This document shows, piece by piece, positions 27,447 through 39,623 of a stretch of 64,000 nucleotides of DNA. The translations under genes were made by a program, and so were the position numbers. Under the pieces are notes generated by a model. It searched no databases. It saw nothing but the letters and a program-made list of their open reading frames with translations, and was not told the origin of the DNA. The stretch's first letter is position 1. The number at the start of each line of letters is the position of its first letter. Source of the DNA: Vermamoeba vermiformis (taxonomy: Eukaryota); assembly GCA_045837725.1 (NCBI GenBank), contig JBEWZL010000064.1, forward strand, positions 124,001 to 188,000, given 5' to 3'.

Positions 27447-27756
27447 TTATTTGTATAATACGCTGCGTGTATTGAGATTAACGTTGGCATAAGTTCGATC
27501 ATCCTGCGCGGCTTCTTGTGTTTTCTTTTCCAAATAGTTATAGCGGAAAAATGCCTTCTCTTTTTGATTCTGTGTGCAAATAATATTACAAATAATATTT
27601 TTAAAAATAAGGGACGCAAAAAATGTCAGATCCACCTACCGAGCCAGTCGTGAGCTTAGAAACAAGGCTGAAACCAACCAAAGTGCCGGCAAAAATGAGA
27701 GTTGTAGTAGCCAAGCTAACGCGAGGGAATCCCTTGAATAAATTCTCGGTTGACAT
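27447..27756 (-). CDS. 79-aa single-TM small protein of unknown function
   Basis: Two exons joined by a GT-AG intron: MSTENLFKGFPRVSLATTTLIFAGTLVGFSLVSKLTTGS|NQKEKAFFRYNYLEKKTQEAAQDDRTYANVNLNTRSVLYK*. Confidence 0.65.
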
Positions 27757-27913
27757 TGTTGTTGTGTCTAATAGATGCAAAATAAAATAAAGTCCCAGTG
27801 TGCGCAGTAACTCGAGAACTCCCAACGTCCGTCGCATAATAAATTCGCAGGGTTTATAGTATGGATTATTTACAGGTGAAATAATGCAAAACTGAGACAC
27901 AAAGAGCCCTTAA

Positions 27914-30251
27914 TTATTCAAGGGGATTCGCATCTCGTTCTTGATGTGTTCTACGGTGGTGATGGCTCTCGTGCGAGTCACTGTGGCGACGAGATCTACC
28001 ATCATGATGACTGTGTGAACGAGGGTATCTATCTCTGCTGCCGTAGCCTCCACTACGCGAAGAACTGCGCGATCTGAACTCAGTACGACGAGGACCGCGC
28101 GGATCTCTAGAGCGAGAGGAGTGCTCGTGTGCAGGAGATGTAAATTGGTGCAACTGTACGGGCACTGGTTGATCGCTCTCTTTGAGCACGTTAGAGAGAC
28201 TCTTCAACAGTCCTCGATCAGCGTCCAAATCCACAAACGACAGTGCATCGCCAGTACGACCAGCGCGACCAGTGCGACCAACGCGATGAATGTACGCTTC
28301 AATCTCGGTCGGGAGGTCGTAGTTAATCACGTGAGAGACGTCTTTGACATCGAGTCCACGACTAGCCACATCCGTTGCGATCAACACGCGCAAGTGTCCT
28401 GATTTGAAGCGCATAACAGTGCTGTCTCTGATGCGCTGCGAGAGATCTCCGTGCACAGGCGCAGCATCGACACTACAGAGACATTAGAATTGCCACAGAG
28501 CTGTGACACGTGTCACTTACCCGACTTCCATGAGCTTGTCAGCGAGCAGTTCAGTCATGCGCTTGGTGGCCACAAATATCAACACCTTGCCTTGCTTGTA
28601 GTCCTCGGTCTGCAGCACTTGTTGCAGTCTGTCTAGCGTGTGAGTCCCAGTCATGCGGCACATGTATTCAGCACTTACTTGGCACTCTTCTCGCGGCCAG
28701 TCAAGAACTCAAACTGTTGACGCACACGCTTGTTGGCACTCAGCTGCAGCGAGCCAATGTTGATGCGCACTGGGTCTGTCATGTACTCGCGCGCTAGTGC
28801 TCGCACATTCATGGGCCAAGTGGCTGAGAACATCACTGTCTGACGATCCGGTCGCAACTGCTCGATGATCTGCAGCAAGTGTTAGTGATATTGTTAGTGA
28901 TATTGTTAGTGATATTGGCAGTGGTAGTGTTATATTCTGTTGGAAAACGACACGCGTCACAGTCTCAGATCCGGTGTCGCTCGTTACAGAAATGATGCAC
29001 GAGGCTACTTACACTCTTGATTTGAGGTTCAAAGCCCATGTCCAGCATGCGATCAGCCTCATCTGCACCAATGTCAATGCTGGAACACGTACGAGAGAAT
29101 CAGTTGCACTTACCCAGCACCAAGAAGCTGACGTTATTCGTGTTAACGAGGCCAAATTCCAAGAAATCAATCAATCGGCCGGGCGTGGCGACAATCAAGT
29201 GCGGCACTGCGAAACAGTCAGCTATGACATTGCATGACATAATAGTAAATCATACCTCGTGTGAGCTGACTGATTTGACTGGCTCTGTTTGAATCTCCTC
29301 CAAACACACACGCAATCTTAGCTCCGAATTCCTAATTAGGCAAGTGCTGGTCAGTACTGGTCACGTGTCACCTTATTACGACGTACCTTGCAGAATGGAG
29401 CAGCTTCAGCAGCAACTTGCTGTGCGAGTTCACGAGTGGGACAGAGCACGAGAGCGAGGGGACCAGAGTTGTTCTTGAACGAGCTCTGTTGCGAGGCGTG
29501 GGTCAGTGCTGGCAAGATGAAGCCGAGTGTCTTGCCCGAGCCAGTCTCAGCACAGGCCACCATATCGCGTCCCGATAGTGCGAGGGGCCATGCTTGCGAT
29601 TGAATGGTGCTCGGTGTCGCGTACTTGCCCTCCAACAGACGAATCACGCCCGCTGTCAAACTGTCAGTCAGCTGTCCTGCCGGCATTGTACGCTCCTCGT
29701 ACTTACGTGTGAATGGTGCGGCGCTGAAGCTCAAAATCGGCTTGGGACATCGTTCACCAAATATAGTAATGTTGTGCTCTTGACGCCACGCCTCCACTTG
29801 CTGATCTTGCAAGTTCTTGGTGCTGTCGTGCTCTTGATTGAAGTCTTTCTTCAACGTAATCAAGTCCTCGGGCTTCCATACCTTCGGTTCCAATGGTGTT
29901 CTGCCTTCTTTAAGCGATTTCCAGTCATGTCTTGGTTCTTGCTCTCGGTCGGAAAACCTTGATCTCTCGCGTGGACGATCGAAACTGGATCTGCTGCCGC
30001 CGCGACGCTTTGGGCGTCCTTCAAAATAAGATGCACTAGCCGAAAATAACAAGGGTGATTTTGCTATTTTAAATAACTGTGGAAATTAAATGTTAGTGAT
30101 CAGATCGCACGATCGAGGTGAACTTGTTATTGATTTATTATTAAAATCGGGCGTAAAATCATATAGTACATACACTAGTAGATGCAGTGGTTCGCTGCAG
30201 CAGTTTTTGAGAAAAAGAACCGACAGATCGCGAGATGAGCCTTGAAAACAT
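27914..30251 (-). CDS. DDX5/DDX17/Dbp2-like DEAD-box RNA helicase with a probable mitochondrial presequence
   Basis: [42 protein letters not shown] (split by an intron), [30 protein letters not shown]-terminus [20 protein letters not shown]. Confidence 0.9.
28881..28916. repeat. 12-bp tandem repeat x3 (GTTAGTGATATT) in a helicase intron
   Basis: Three exact copies. On the minus strand each carries a CACTAAC branch-point motif. Confidence 0.9.
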
Positions 30252-30498
30252 AGCTAGTTGAAAATGTAAGTTGATCTGTGGAACTTAATGTTGGTGATCA
30301 AGGACAAATAAGAAATAATAATAAAACAACCCGAGTTTTTTTTTTCGTTACGGCTGAACTCAAACAGTGACTTAATTGACCCAACAGACCTAGCGTGACT
30401 TAATCGGTCAAATTTCGTTTTCGGTGACGCGTAATATTTTAATTACTCCGTAGAAACAGACTTCAACACAAGTTTGTTTTTATTGTATTATATTAACC

Positions 30499-31437
30499 AT
30501 GTTTATATTCGACTGGTTTTGGAATGTCCTTAGTTCCTTAGGTAAAACTTTTTGTTTTTTTGTTTGGCTTAAATCTGCTTTGCTTGACAGTCTTTATGCT
30601 AATGTCTAATTAATCCTTAGGACTCTACCGAAAAAATGCTAAGATTGTATTCCTTGGTCTGGACAATGCCGGCAAGACAACCCTTCTTCACATGTTAAGA
30701 GATGACCGCTTAGCTGTTCATATCCCAACACAAAAACCAAGTAATATTTATTTATATTTTATATTCATTTTTATTAGCGTAAAGCACGCAAATTGTACAT
30801 TTAGAAATGAAATTATAATTTATTTGAATTATTAATATTTTAGTTTCACCCAACATTACTCACACAAATTACAGCGATGGAAGAATTGACTATGGGCAGT
30901 GTCAAGTTCAGAGCCTATGATTTGGGTGGTCATCAAATTGGTAAGTGAGGTGTTGCAGTCCCCTAGTGAATGTCACTCACCGTCCCCAGCGCGCAAGGTC
31001 TGGTCGCAATACTACGCAGAGGTCGACGCTGTTGTGTTCTTAGTCGACACCACTGATCACGAGCGATTCAAAGAGAGCAAGGCTGAACTCGATGTATGTA
31101 TTGCCGTGGCTGACACGTCGCACTCACTCACCGCGTTGCACAGGCACTGCTCAAGACTGAAGAGCTCGCTGACGTGCCATTTGTCGTGTTGGGCAACAAG
31201 ATAGATCTGCCCACTGCTGTCTCGGAGGACGAGCTGCGTGAGCTGTATGGTCTGCGTCAGACTTACGGCAAGCAAGTCAGTGGCAACAAGAATGCCAAGC
31301 AGCCCATTGAAGTGTTCATGTGCTCTGTGGTGCGACGACAGGGTTACAAAGAGGGTACGTAGCAGATCTGCCTCGCTGCTTGTGTACTGACCAAAGCGTT
31401 CTATTTAGCATTCCAATGGTTGTCTCAATTCCTTTAA
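30499..31437 (+). CDS. SAR1: Sar1 small GTPase (COPII)
   Basis: [47 protein letters not shown]; six exons. Confidence 0.97.
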
Positions 31438-31841
31438 GATAACGCAGAGAGCTCATGATCATATGTGTTATTAATCTTGTAGTTAGTAAGGTGGATGCAT
31501 CCGGTTTTTAAAAATAAAATTGTTTAAAGGTACTTTCTCTCCGCGTGAATTAATTTTATGATATTGTTATTATTCTAATGCGATGTTGATATTTAGAGGA
31601 GCAAGCACGCGCGAATGAAAAATGTGAACTGGACAAACTTGCGGTAATTTTCAAGCGACAAATTTGTCGATTTTCATCGAATCAAACTTTCAGACCCCAA
31701 CCAAACTGCGATTATTCTGAGTTCTGTGCGCATTAGATAACACACGAGGCGTTTGCCGTTATTAATACGCAGAACTAATTCCTCCAATACGTTCATCCAA
31801 AGGCTTCCTTCAACGGACTTCACTTTACCCCAATACTCGCA

Positions 31842-33030
31842 ATGACTGACGCATCAAATCAAGCTGCTTCGCCATTATACCACTTCTGGTTGCGTGCTGA
31901 AGTGAAGCCAAAGGAGTACCGCACTCCCCTGTTGCCCTATCAAGCCAAACAGCTCTTGGATCTTGGTCACTCGATCACGGTTGAGAAGTCTGTGGATAGA
32001 TGTGTTGAAGACAGTGAATATGAAGCAGTTGGTTGCACGATGGTACCGCCTAACAGCTGGAGTTCTGCCCCCGAAGACGCGATCATCTTGGGTTTGAAAG
32101 AACTTCCTGAAAACAACGACCCTATTCCCAAGAAACACGTCTACTTTGCACACTGCTACAAGAACCAAGCAGGTAAATACAAGATTATATGATTTATTTT
32201 TTTGTCGATAAAAAACAACCGATCTGGTTACTAAACAATTCCCTTTAGGCTGGCGCGAACTGCTCAACAGATTTGTGGAGGGTCAAGGCACTTTGTGGGA
32301 CCTCGAGTTCTTAAATGACGCTAACGGTCGTCGAGTTGCAGCTTTTGGTGCCAGCGCGGGATTCGTTGGTATGGCTTTGGGTTTGCTGGCCTGGGCAAAC
32401 AAACAAACTGCCGCATCAGTGGAGTCAACTCAACCACTCTCTGCTTTTGAGAGACCTTACGATCGCGCTGCATTGATCAACGAAGTCAAAACTGCTTTGG
32501 ATCGTGCTGGTCGAGTTCCGCGCGTGATTGTGATTGGTGCATTGGGCCGATGTGGATTCGGCTGCAATCAATTCGCTGAAGCAGTAGGCGTCGAGGTTAC
32601 TAAATGGGATTTGGAAGAGACCAAGCGAGGTGGTCCCTTCGAAGAGATTTTGGATCACGACATTTTCATCAACTGCATCTACTTGATGAAGCCCATTCCA
32701 CCTTTCCTCACCAAGCAAATGATTGAACAAAGTACTACGCGCAAATTGAGCGTGGTGGTTGACGTCAGTTGCGATGCTAGCAATCCACACAACCCAGTGC
32801 CCATCTATCAGGGCTGCACCACATTCCTTGATCCGACTCAACGTATTGTCGGTGGCAATATGCCAGTCGATGTCATTGCCATTGATCACTTGCCCTCATT
32901 GGTACCCTTCGAGAGCAGCAAGGAGTTTGCTGAACAACTTTTCCCCCATCTGCTCAAGTTCAATCAAACTGATGTGTGGAGCCGCGCCCTCGATCTCTTC
33001 CACACTAAAGTGGCATCAGTGCGACTCTAG
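31842..33030 (+). CDS. LYS1: Saccharopine dehydrogenase (NAD+, L-lysine-forming)
   Basis: WLRAEVKPKEYRTPLLP, GLKELPE, FAHCYKNQAGW, DLEFL..GRRVAAFG, IGALGRCG, DVSCD, IDHLPSLVPFESS; one intron. Confidence 0.93.
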
Positions 33031-33194
33031 ACTGTCATTACAAGCACTTTGTATATGAATAGGCAGTTCAGTTTTGCCGAGAGAACTGCCAGCGAATGTG
33101 TGCAGCAAACTAACAATGTAAATTTGCTTCAAATAAACTGTAAATCTCCAATCATCATATATATACTCAACTCTTTTGTCGATCACGCTGCCCC

Positions 33195-33475
33195 TCAACC
33201 AAGTCAGGTAAGTCTTTGCATATTCTATTACGCAACTCAATCAGCCTCTAACACTTTGTTTCTTCTCAGGTGTGGTCGTTCGGTATTCTCATGTTCAAGG
33301 TGCTTGCACAACAAGAACCTCACATGAAGATCCAATCGAAGTTGGCGCAAGATCAAGACGAAGGCTCACACCTCACCTCCCATCGTCATTGGAGTGACTT
33401 CACATCGATCATGAATCAGTGTTGTGTATTTGATACGAATCGTCCGAGTATCGAGCAAGTCCTTCAAAAATCTGC
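33195..33475 (+). pseudogene. Isolated decayed protein-kinase (TK/TKL) C-lobe fragment
   Basis: After a splice acceptor: VWSFGILMFKVLAQQEPH...IMNQCCVFDTNRPSIEQVL, i.e. subdomains IX-XI with E->K and W->C changes. There is no N-lobe or HRD/DFG, and LYS1 ends immediately upstream. Confidence 0.7.
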
Positions 33476-33555
33476 TCGAGCAGGACAACAATTCATTCGC
33501 ACAGCGAATAGCTATTTATTTAAAAAGAAGAAAACTAACAACGTAGTGAACGTAG

Positions 33556-34470
33556 TTATTGCGGCGGGGGTACTGGGACATTTGTGGGAAGAGAAGTAGC
33601 TCCCGTACTCGCAGCGCTGTTAGCAGTGAGTGCATCCACATCGCAAGGGCACTGAGAGTAATAGTTCGTACCCGGGTAGTAGTAAAGGATGAGTTGAATG
33701 TTGGCAGGGAAGATGAATTCTAATTGCGGACCCGAGTTCCACGCCAGTACGCTGCGGAATGGTTGTGAATACATGTAATTGCCACCAGTGTCACCACGAC
33801 TCCTCACAGTGCAACTATTGTTCTTGAAAGTGCGGAAGTCATCGAATTGTCTTTTGTAGAAAGGCTTTCTGTTCGAATAAAAGTCCGCCCTTTCGGTCGT
33901 AAAAGTGAATTCGCTCTCGTAAGTGCCATTGGTGTAGGTGCCTGATACAAAGATTAAGATGAGTGTTGCTCAATATAAGACACATCATTATCCTTCCTTA
34001 CCTAGAATAAAGAGGGGTACCAAAGTAGCATGTTGGACGGCTACCGAGTCAACAAAGATCAACTGGTAGTCTACGTGTTGTCGACCGTAAACACTGTACG
34101 ACGCTCCTCCATTGCAGTCATCGGTCAACGTGCCGGAAAGAATTGCCCATGCATCATTTAAAGTAGCAATGGCTGTGTTTGAAAGTTGGTACTACACGAC
34201 GACCAGCAAACACAACTTACCCCGAATACTTTGATACGAGAGGAGATTCAGCTGAAAGGTGACGCACCCTGATGTGTCAGTGAGGACTAAAGGTTGGTTT
34301 TCCGGGATGTTCAGACGAGCTCCGTGTTCGAGGGCTATTCGCCAAGGAATAGTTTGGTTGAACAGAGGATTCGATGGGCTTGTGCACTGCTCGTTATTAA
34401 CCTCTTGGTTCGCAAAGCACTGTTGACACACAACAATAATGAGGAACAAAAATATTTGCAAGGGAGTCAT
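33556..34470 (-). CDS. Secreted protein of unknown function (~270 aa, three exons)
   Basis: Signal peptide MTPLQIFLFLIIVVCQQCFA. Two GT-AG introns keep the frame open to PVPPPQ*. Several cysteines and N-glycosylation sequons are present. Confidence 0.7.
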
Positions 34471-34903
34471 GGTTGTGGATTCGTCTTGCAACAATAATTG
34501 ACGACTTGCTCAGAGCAGTATCCTTTAAAGGATGCTAAAAATTCACTAAATATCATTGTATTATTTGTTAGTAAGGGTCACGAGCAGATTTCTCGGGTAA
34601 GTTAAGTTGTTAAAACAACCACTGCGTAATATAGCAATAAATATCAAAACAGGTTTTATCGTACCCATTTAGAATAATAAAATTACCTCGGAAAATAGTA
34701 GCATCACCAAAATGAATTTCCAATTCGATCTACCTTGCTTATTAAAAAGCTGGGACTACATAAACGCTGCTCGTTTTGTTAATTTTAATAGTAACCTGTG
34801 CACAACAATTGTTTTGTGTCATTATGAAGCTCGGTATTGTTCAACTAGCAACGCTCGCCAAAATCAAACAACAACAAGCCACGGATCTATCAACAATGCA
34901 CAC

Positions 34904-36291
34904 ATGACCACCCAATACAAACATTTAGCCACCATTGGTTACGATAGTACACCACACAAAAAGGATAGTGGAGCCCTTTACACCACAGCGACGTTCAACG
35001 TGCTCGATCCCAAATATTATTCTCTGCTCGCTGTGGTTGCAGGCAATAGGGTACAAATAACTCACTATAATATGATATGATCTAACATAGCGAAGGTGGG
35101 AATATACGCCGTTGAGGACGATAGTGTCACTCCTTTGGATGTGTTTGTTGACGAGGTGAGCTCATAACACGATGTTTTATCTGTTTAATGTTTCTAAAAT
35201 TAGCCTACTGAAAATTATTACACTTGTTGCTGGGCAGAGAACGAGCGCGGAGAGCCCTTGGTACTTGCAGGTGGTCAGAAGGGTCTGATCCGCGTCATCA
35301 ACTTGAGTACCAAGCAAGTGGAGCGAGTGAGTTCTAGTTCAATCGTGTAGTGCTGCAGTACTGACTCGCTATTGCAGACATTGGTCGGACACGGCGATGC
35401 AATCAACGACCTCGTCTGTCACCCGCGCAAGTAAGTGTCACGTGATTGTATCTCTAGCACGTGATTGTATCTCCAGCACGTGACTAACTATTCACGCAGC
35501 CGAGAGCTCGTCGTATCAGCTTCACGAGACGAGTCAGCGCGACTGTGGGACGTGGTGCGCGGGCGATGTGTGGCCATCTTTGCAGGGGCTGGTGGTCACA
35601 CGGAACAGGTGTTGACAGCTGACATTCACGTATCAGGAGAGCGACTCGTCACGGGGGGCGTGGACAACACACTCAAGATCTGGTCGCTGAACACCCCAGC
35701 CATTCAACAAGCCATCGCTGACGCGCGCACGTACGATGCAGCGAGCAGTGTGCCGTTCAAGAGTGTCATGGCGCACTTCCCGCGCTACTCGAGCAACAAG
35801 GTGCACTCGGACTACGTGGATTGCGTCAAGTGGTGGGGCGACTTGTTGCTGTCCAAGGCCCCGCACGAACTGCAAATGACGTGCTGGACACCGCCTGATC
35901 GCGACATCCTCGCAGCTGAAGATGCCATGGTGCCCCTCGTAGCTCTGGACTATCCAGCAGGGACGGTGTGGTTCATCAAATTCGCTCTCGATGACATGCA
36001 TCAGATGTGCGCGGCAGGCAATGATCGCGGTGAGATACACGTGTGGTGTCTGCACGAGTGGCTGCAGCACAAGCGAGAGGCGCGTGTGACGAGTGAGCGC
36101 GTGGACCATTTGAAGGGCCAGGTGCTGTCCTTGCCCGCGTCCAGTGACAGACGACGCACCGTGCGCACAGTGCACTTCAGTCATCGCGCCCGGTGCGTAG
36201 TGGTGTGCGTGCAGTGATTGTGTATTAACTGTGTGACAGGTATCTCGCAGCGGCAGTTGAGGGTGGCGTCGTGCATCTCTATCGGCGGTGA
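34904..36291 (+). CDS. EED: EED/ESC/FIE WD40 subunit of Polycomb repressive complex 2
   Basis: ENYYTCCW, GLIRVI, LVGHGDAINDL, SASRDESARLW, IFAGAGGHTEQVL, HFP...VHSDYVDCVKWWGDLLLSK, VWFIKF, AGNDRGEIHVW. Confidence 0.9.
35439..35484. repeat. 19-bp tandem duplication in an EED intron carrying three CACGTG
   Basis: cacgtgattgtatctctag-cacgtgattgtatctccag-cacgtgac. Confidence 0.9.
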
Positions 36292-36389
36292 AGGAGTTCT
36301 AGCGGATGTGTTTTTGTAAAATAAAGTTGTATTTCAGAGTGACAACAACAGATCAACCACCAATAATTATCACATACATCAATAACAAC

Positions 36390-36992
36390 ATGCGCTTAGT
36401 GACTCATAATATGTTGATGTGCAACGTCAAGAACTGCAAGACAAACAACTTCCCGTTGAAGATCAAGGCCACGCAAGTTGATCGCGTTGAGAGCGAGTTT
36501 AGACCTGAATTTATTAAGCACATGTTGAATAAGATTGATTGGAGTGCACTTGTCTCTGCGGCTAAAGACGTAAGTTAAACAAAATTGGATGCGATCGAGA
36601 ATAAATTCCCAAACAGTTTGTAGTCAGACCAAACATCGATAATTACAGTAATTTAATAGTAATGTAATTGTTAATTATTATTATTAACTAGGTTGGCATT
36701 ACTATCCCGGATGCACTTCCAGAAAACAGAGACGAAGAATTTCTGAAGAATGTTCATCACGTATTATTAGATGTATGTAACATTCATTTGAAATAATACA
36801 ATTGCAATAGAGTTAAAATACTGATCGCGATCAACAGATCCACGTCAAAGAGGGCGAAATGATTTGTCCGCACTGTAATCGATCATATCCCATCTCTCAA
36901 GGCATTCCTAATATGGTGAGTAAAAATACTATAGCGCGCAAGTGTTCTGACCGTATTTATCATTGCAGCTGTTGAAAGAAGACGAAATGTAG
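36390..36992 (+). CDS. TRM112: Trm112 methyltransferase activator
   Basis: MRLVTHNMLMC...FPLKI...HHVLLD|IHVKEGEMICPHCNRSYPISQGIPNM|LLKEDEM*. Confidence 0.96.
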
Positions 36993-37044
36993 ATGTAGCC
37001 AGCGAAATAAAGACTTGTTTGATAAGATGCATAGAACAGTATTT

Positions 37045-38564
37045 TTATACAACTACAACTTCACCCTCATCCTCAGTAGTGCTAGGCTTGCTCTCGCTCT
37101 CAGGTTTCTTCTCGCTCGATGTGCCCTCGCTCTTGCTCTCAGTGCTCTTCTTGTCCTCGCTGTCTGCAGGGGCTTGATCCTTCGCGCGCTGCATCTCATC
37201 GAACACAGCGGTGCAGTCGTCTAAGGTCTTGAAGCGCGTGCAGAACATGGCTGGCACGGGGGTGGTGGCAATGGCCGAGAAGTAGAGTGCCTTGTCCTTC
37301 TTGTTGAGCGGCATGCTGTGCCACACAAACGAGTTGATCAGCAGACGACCAGTCTTCTGTTGACGCATCACCACGCGTGTGCGGCCCTTGGAGGCCTCGT
37401 CGCTGTTCTCACTCGCGGCCAGGGGCTTCAACACGCGCAACTGACCCACACCGCGCTCACGCCACTGACCCTCCACGAACTCGTAGGCCTTGGCATCGCG
37501 ACTCACAATCACCTGCTCGTCCTCTTCGCCGGATTTGAGGGGCTCGGGCGTGGGTTCTACGGGCTCAGGGGCATCTTCAGCGGTCTCTTGACTGGTGGCC
37601 AGCACGGAGGTCTGTGACAGCTGTCAATCACGCGCTCGAACCACACGACTGCATGCAACTACTTACCATCACGGGCTCGCTGGGTGGAGCGACATTCTCA
37701 CCGAGCACTTTGGTCTGATCTTGCGTGGCCTTGATGATGCCGGCATAGTCGCGCTTCTCACCGAGCTCTTCTTTCTGTTCGAAGGGCGTGGGCTCTTCTT
37801 TCTTGTCGAAGTTGAAATTGAATTCAATGGGCTTGTATTCGAAGGCAAAGGTCGGTGGTTGCAATGCACTGCTAGCATCGCTCTTCTTCTCCTTCTCCTT
37901 GTCAGATGTACCGAACTCAAATTTAAAATCAAACTTTGGAATGGGTGGTAATGGAGTCGGTTCTATAGGTGTGGTTAATGCTTCGAATTTGAAGCCTTCT
38001 TTGCTCTCTTCTTCGCCTTTCTTCTCTGGAGCAGCTGATGCACCTGTGCCGCCAAAATTGAAAGTAGGCCAAGCCCCTGAGGCAGGTGTAGGAACAGGTG
38101 GTGTAACATCACTGCCACTCTTCTTGATACCGCGAGCTTTAACTATTCTGTTTCAAGTGTTAATACAGGTGACGCGGTCGTGATCCACCCGAGGGATTTA
38201 CCTTCTTCCTTTAATTTCTTCTTCGCTTGCCTTTTGCCACGTTCCATTCTATTTGTGTATTAGAAATCAAATATTTAGCACTAAAGTAACACTTACTGCC
38301 TCGTCCGCCACAAGTGCATCCGGATCGTCGTCTTTTGTCAATTGATGCTCTGCGCCTCTCTTCTTGCTCGCTAATTTTAATTAATAAATTAATGTCCGAA
38401 TATTAATAATTCGTCTCGACCAAACTGTAGATCATGATCTGACTTTTGTCAGATTCACCACCGTACCGGCCACTTGTATCTCACATAGTTAAGACTGTGT
38501 TTTACAAACTCGTAGGAATGATTAAAAGAGGAGACGAATGCTGCGTACCTTTCTCGTCGGCCAT
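37045..38564 (-). CDS. NUP50: Nup50/Nup2 nucleoporin with C-terminal Ran-binding domain
   Basis: N-terminal KKRGAEHQLTKD...GTWQKASEEEIKGRRIVKAR, FxF repeats, and a C-terminal RanBD (GEEDE, WRERGVGQLRV, RVVMRQ). Confidence 0.88.
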
Positions 38565-38808
38565 TATGTAATTATAGGGTGAGTACTCTTGAAGCTCTCT
38601 GCAATGTCGATCAGTTGCCCACTAGCGCGCAATGATGAATAAGCACAAATGCTGCACGCACAGCCACTAGCCGAGCAGACACCAGTCACGTGCTGGACCC
38701 TGGGGCAGCGCACTCGCCTCGTCACCGATTTTTATTTGCTCTTTTCAAAAGCACCGACACAACGCATTTGTAGTGTCGAGAACTATTAACAGTACTAATA
38801 ATTTTAAT

Positions 38809-39563
38809 ATGGAGAACGAATCAAGTACGTGGCATTCATCTTTATCGCATCTAGTGCTCGGATCTAACCACTATTGCCCCTACCAACAGAGCCCATTAAA
38901 ATCAACAATTACGACACAGTTGCAGTGAAGCAATTGCTCGATGATCAGCTCGTCAAGGTAGCAGCACCTATCCATATATACCCCTTAATGCAGCACTGAC
39001 TCGTTCACACTGCAGTTGATGAATGACGAAGAAGACTACACGGAAGACACGCGCGTGAGTGACATCAAGCTCGTGCTCGGTGCGATCTCGTGCGTGCTGG
39101 CTGTCGTGTCGCACTTCTATCCCCTGCCCTTCCCCGCCAACCTGCCCCTCCTCATTGCCTGCTCGGTCTCGTACGCACTGCCTCGCTGTCACTTGTCGTG
39201 TTGCTAACCCTCTTTGCAGCTACTTTGTGCTGAGTGCTGTGCTGCAGTACATCGCCAGCTATGTGGAGCGTGACAGCATCTACTCCTCGGCACGGCAGGT
39301 AGGTCCACAGCACACTAGTCGCGCACTCACCCCTCTCTTCGCAGGACGCGCGCAAGCCCAGTCTGCGTGTGCGCACCCAATTAGGCAAGTACGAGCACGA
39401 GTACCGCATCGTAATTGAATCGCGTGTCAAGTCACAGCGCGTCGAATTGAAGCAAAGTATCGCGGCGTGGTTCGATGCTGCGGGTGTGTTCAATCGCTCC
39501 TTGTTCATCAATGCCTACCGCGGTCTGTTGCGCACATTTGAAGCCAATGAAAAGCGCAAATAA
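38809..39563 (+). CDS. SPCS2: Signal peptidase complex subunit 2 (SPC25)
   Basis: KINNYDTVAVKQLLDD, DIKLVLG, PFP...CSVSYFVLSAVLQY, KYEHEY, SIAAWFDAAG; ends KRK*. Confidence 0.88.
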
Positions 39564-39623
39564 GACTGCAAGGCCTGTACATTGACGCAGTGTATTTATG
39601 ATAGCATTATATGATACAGTAAA

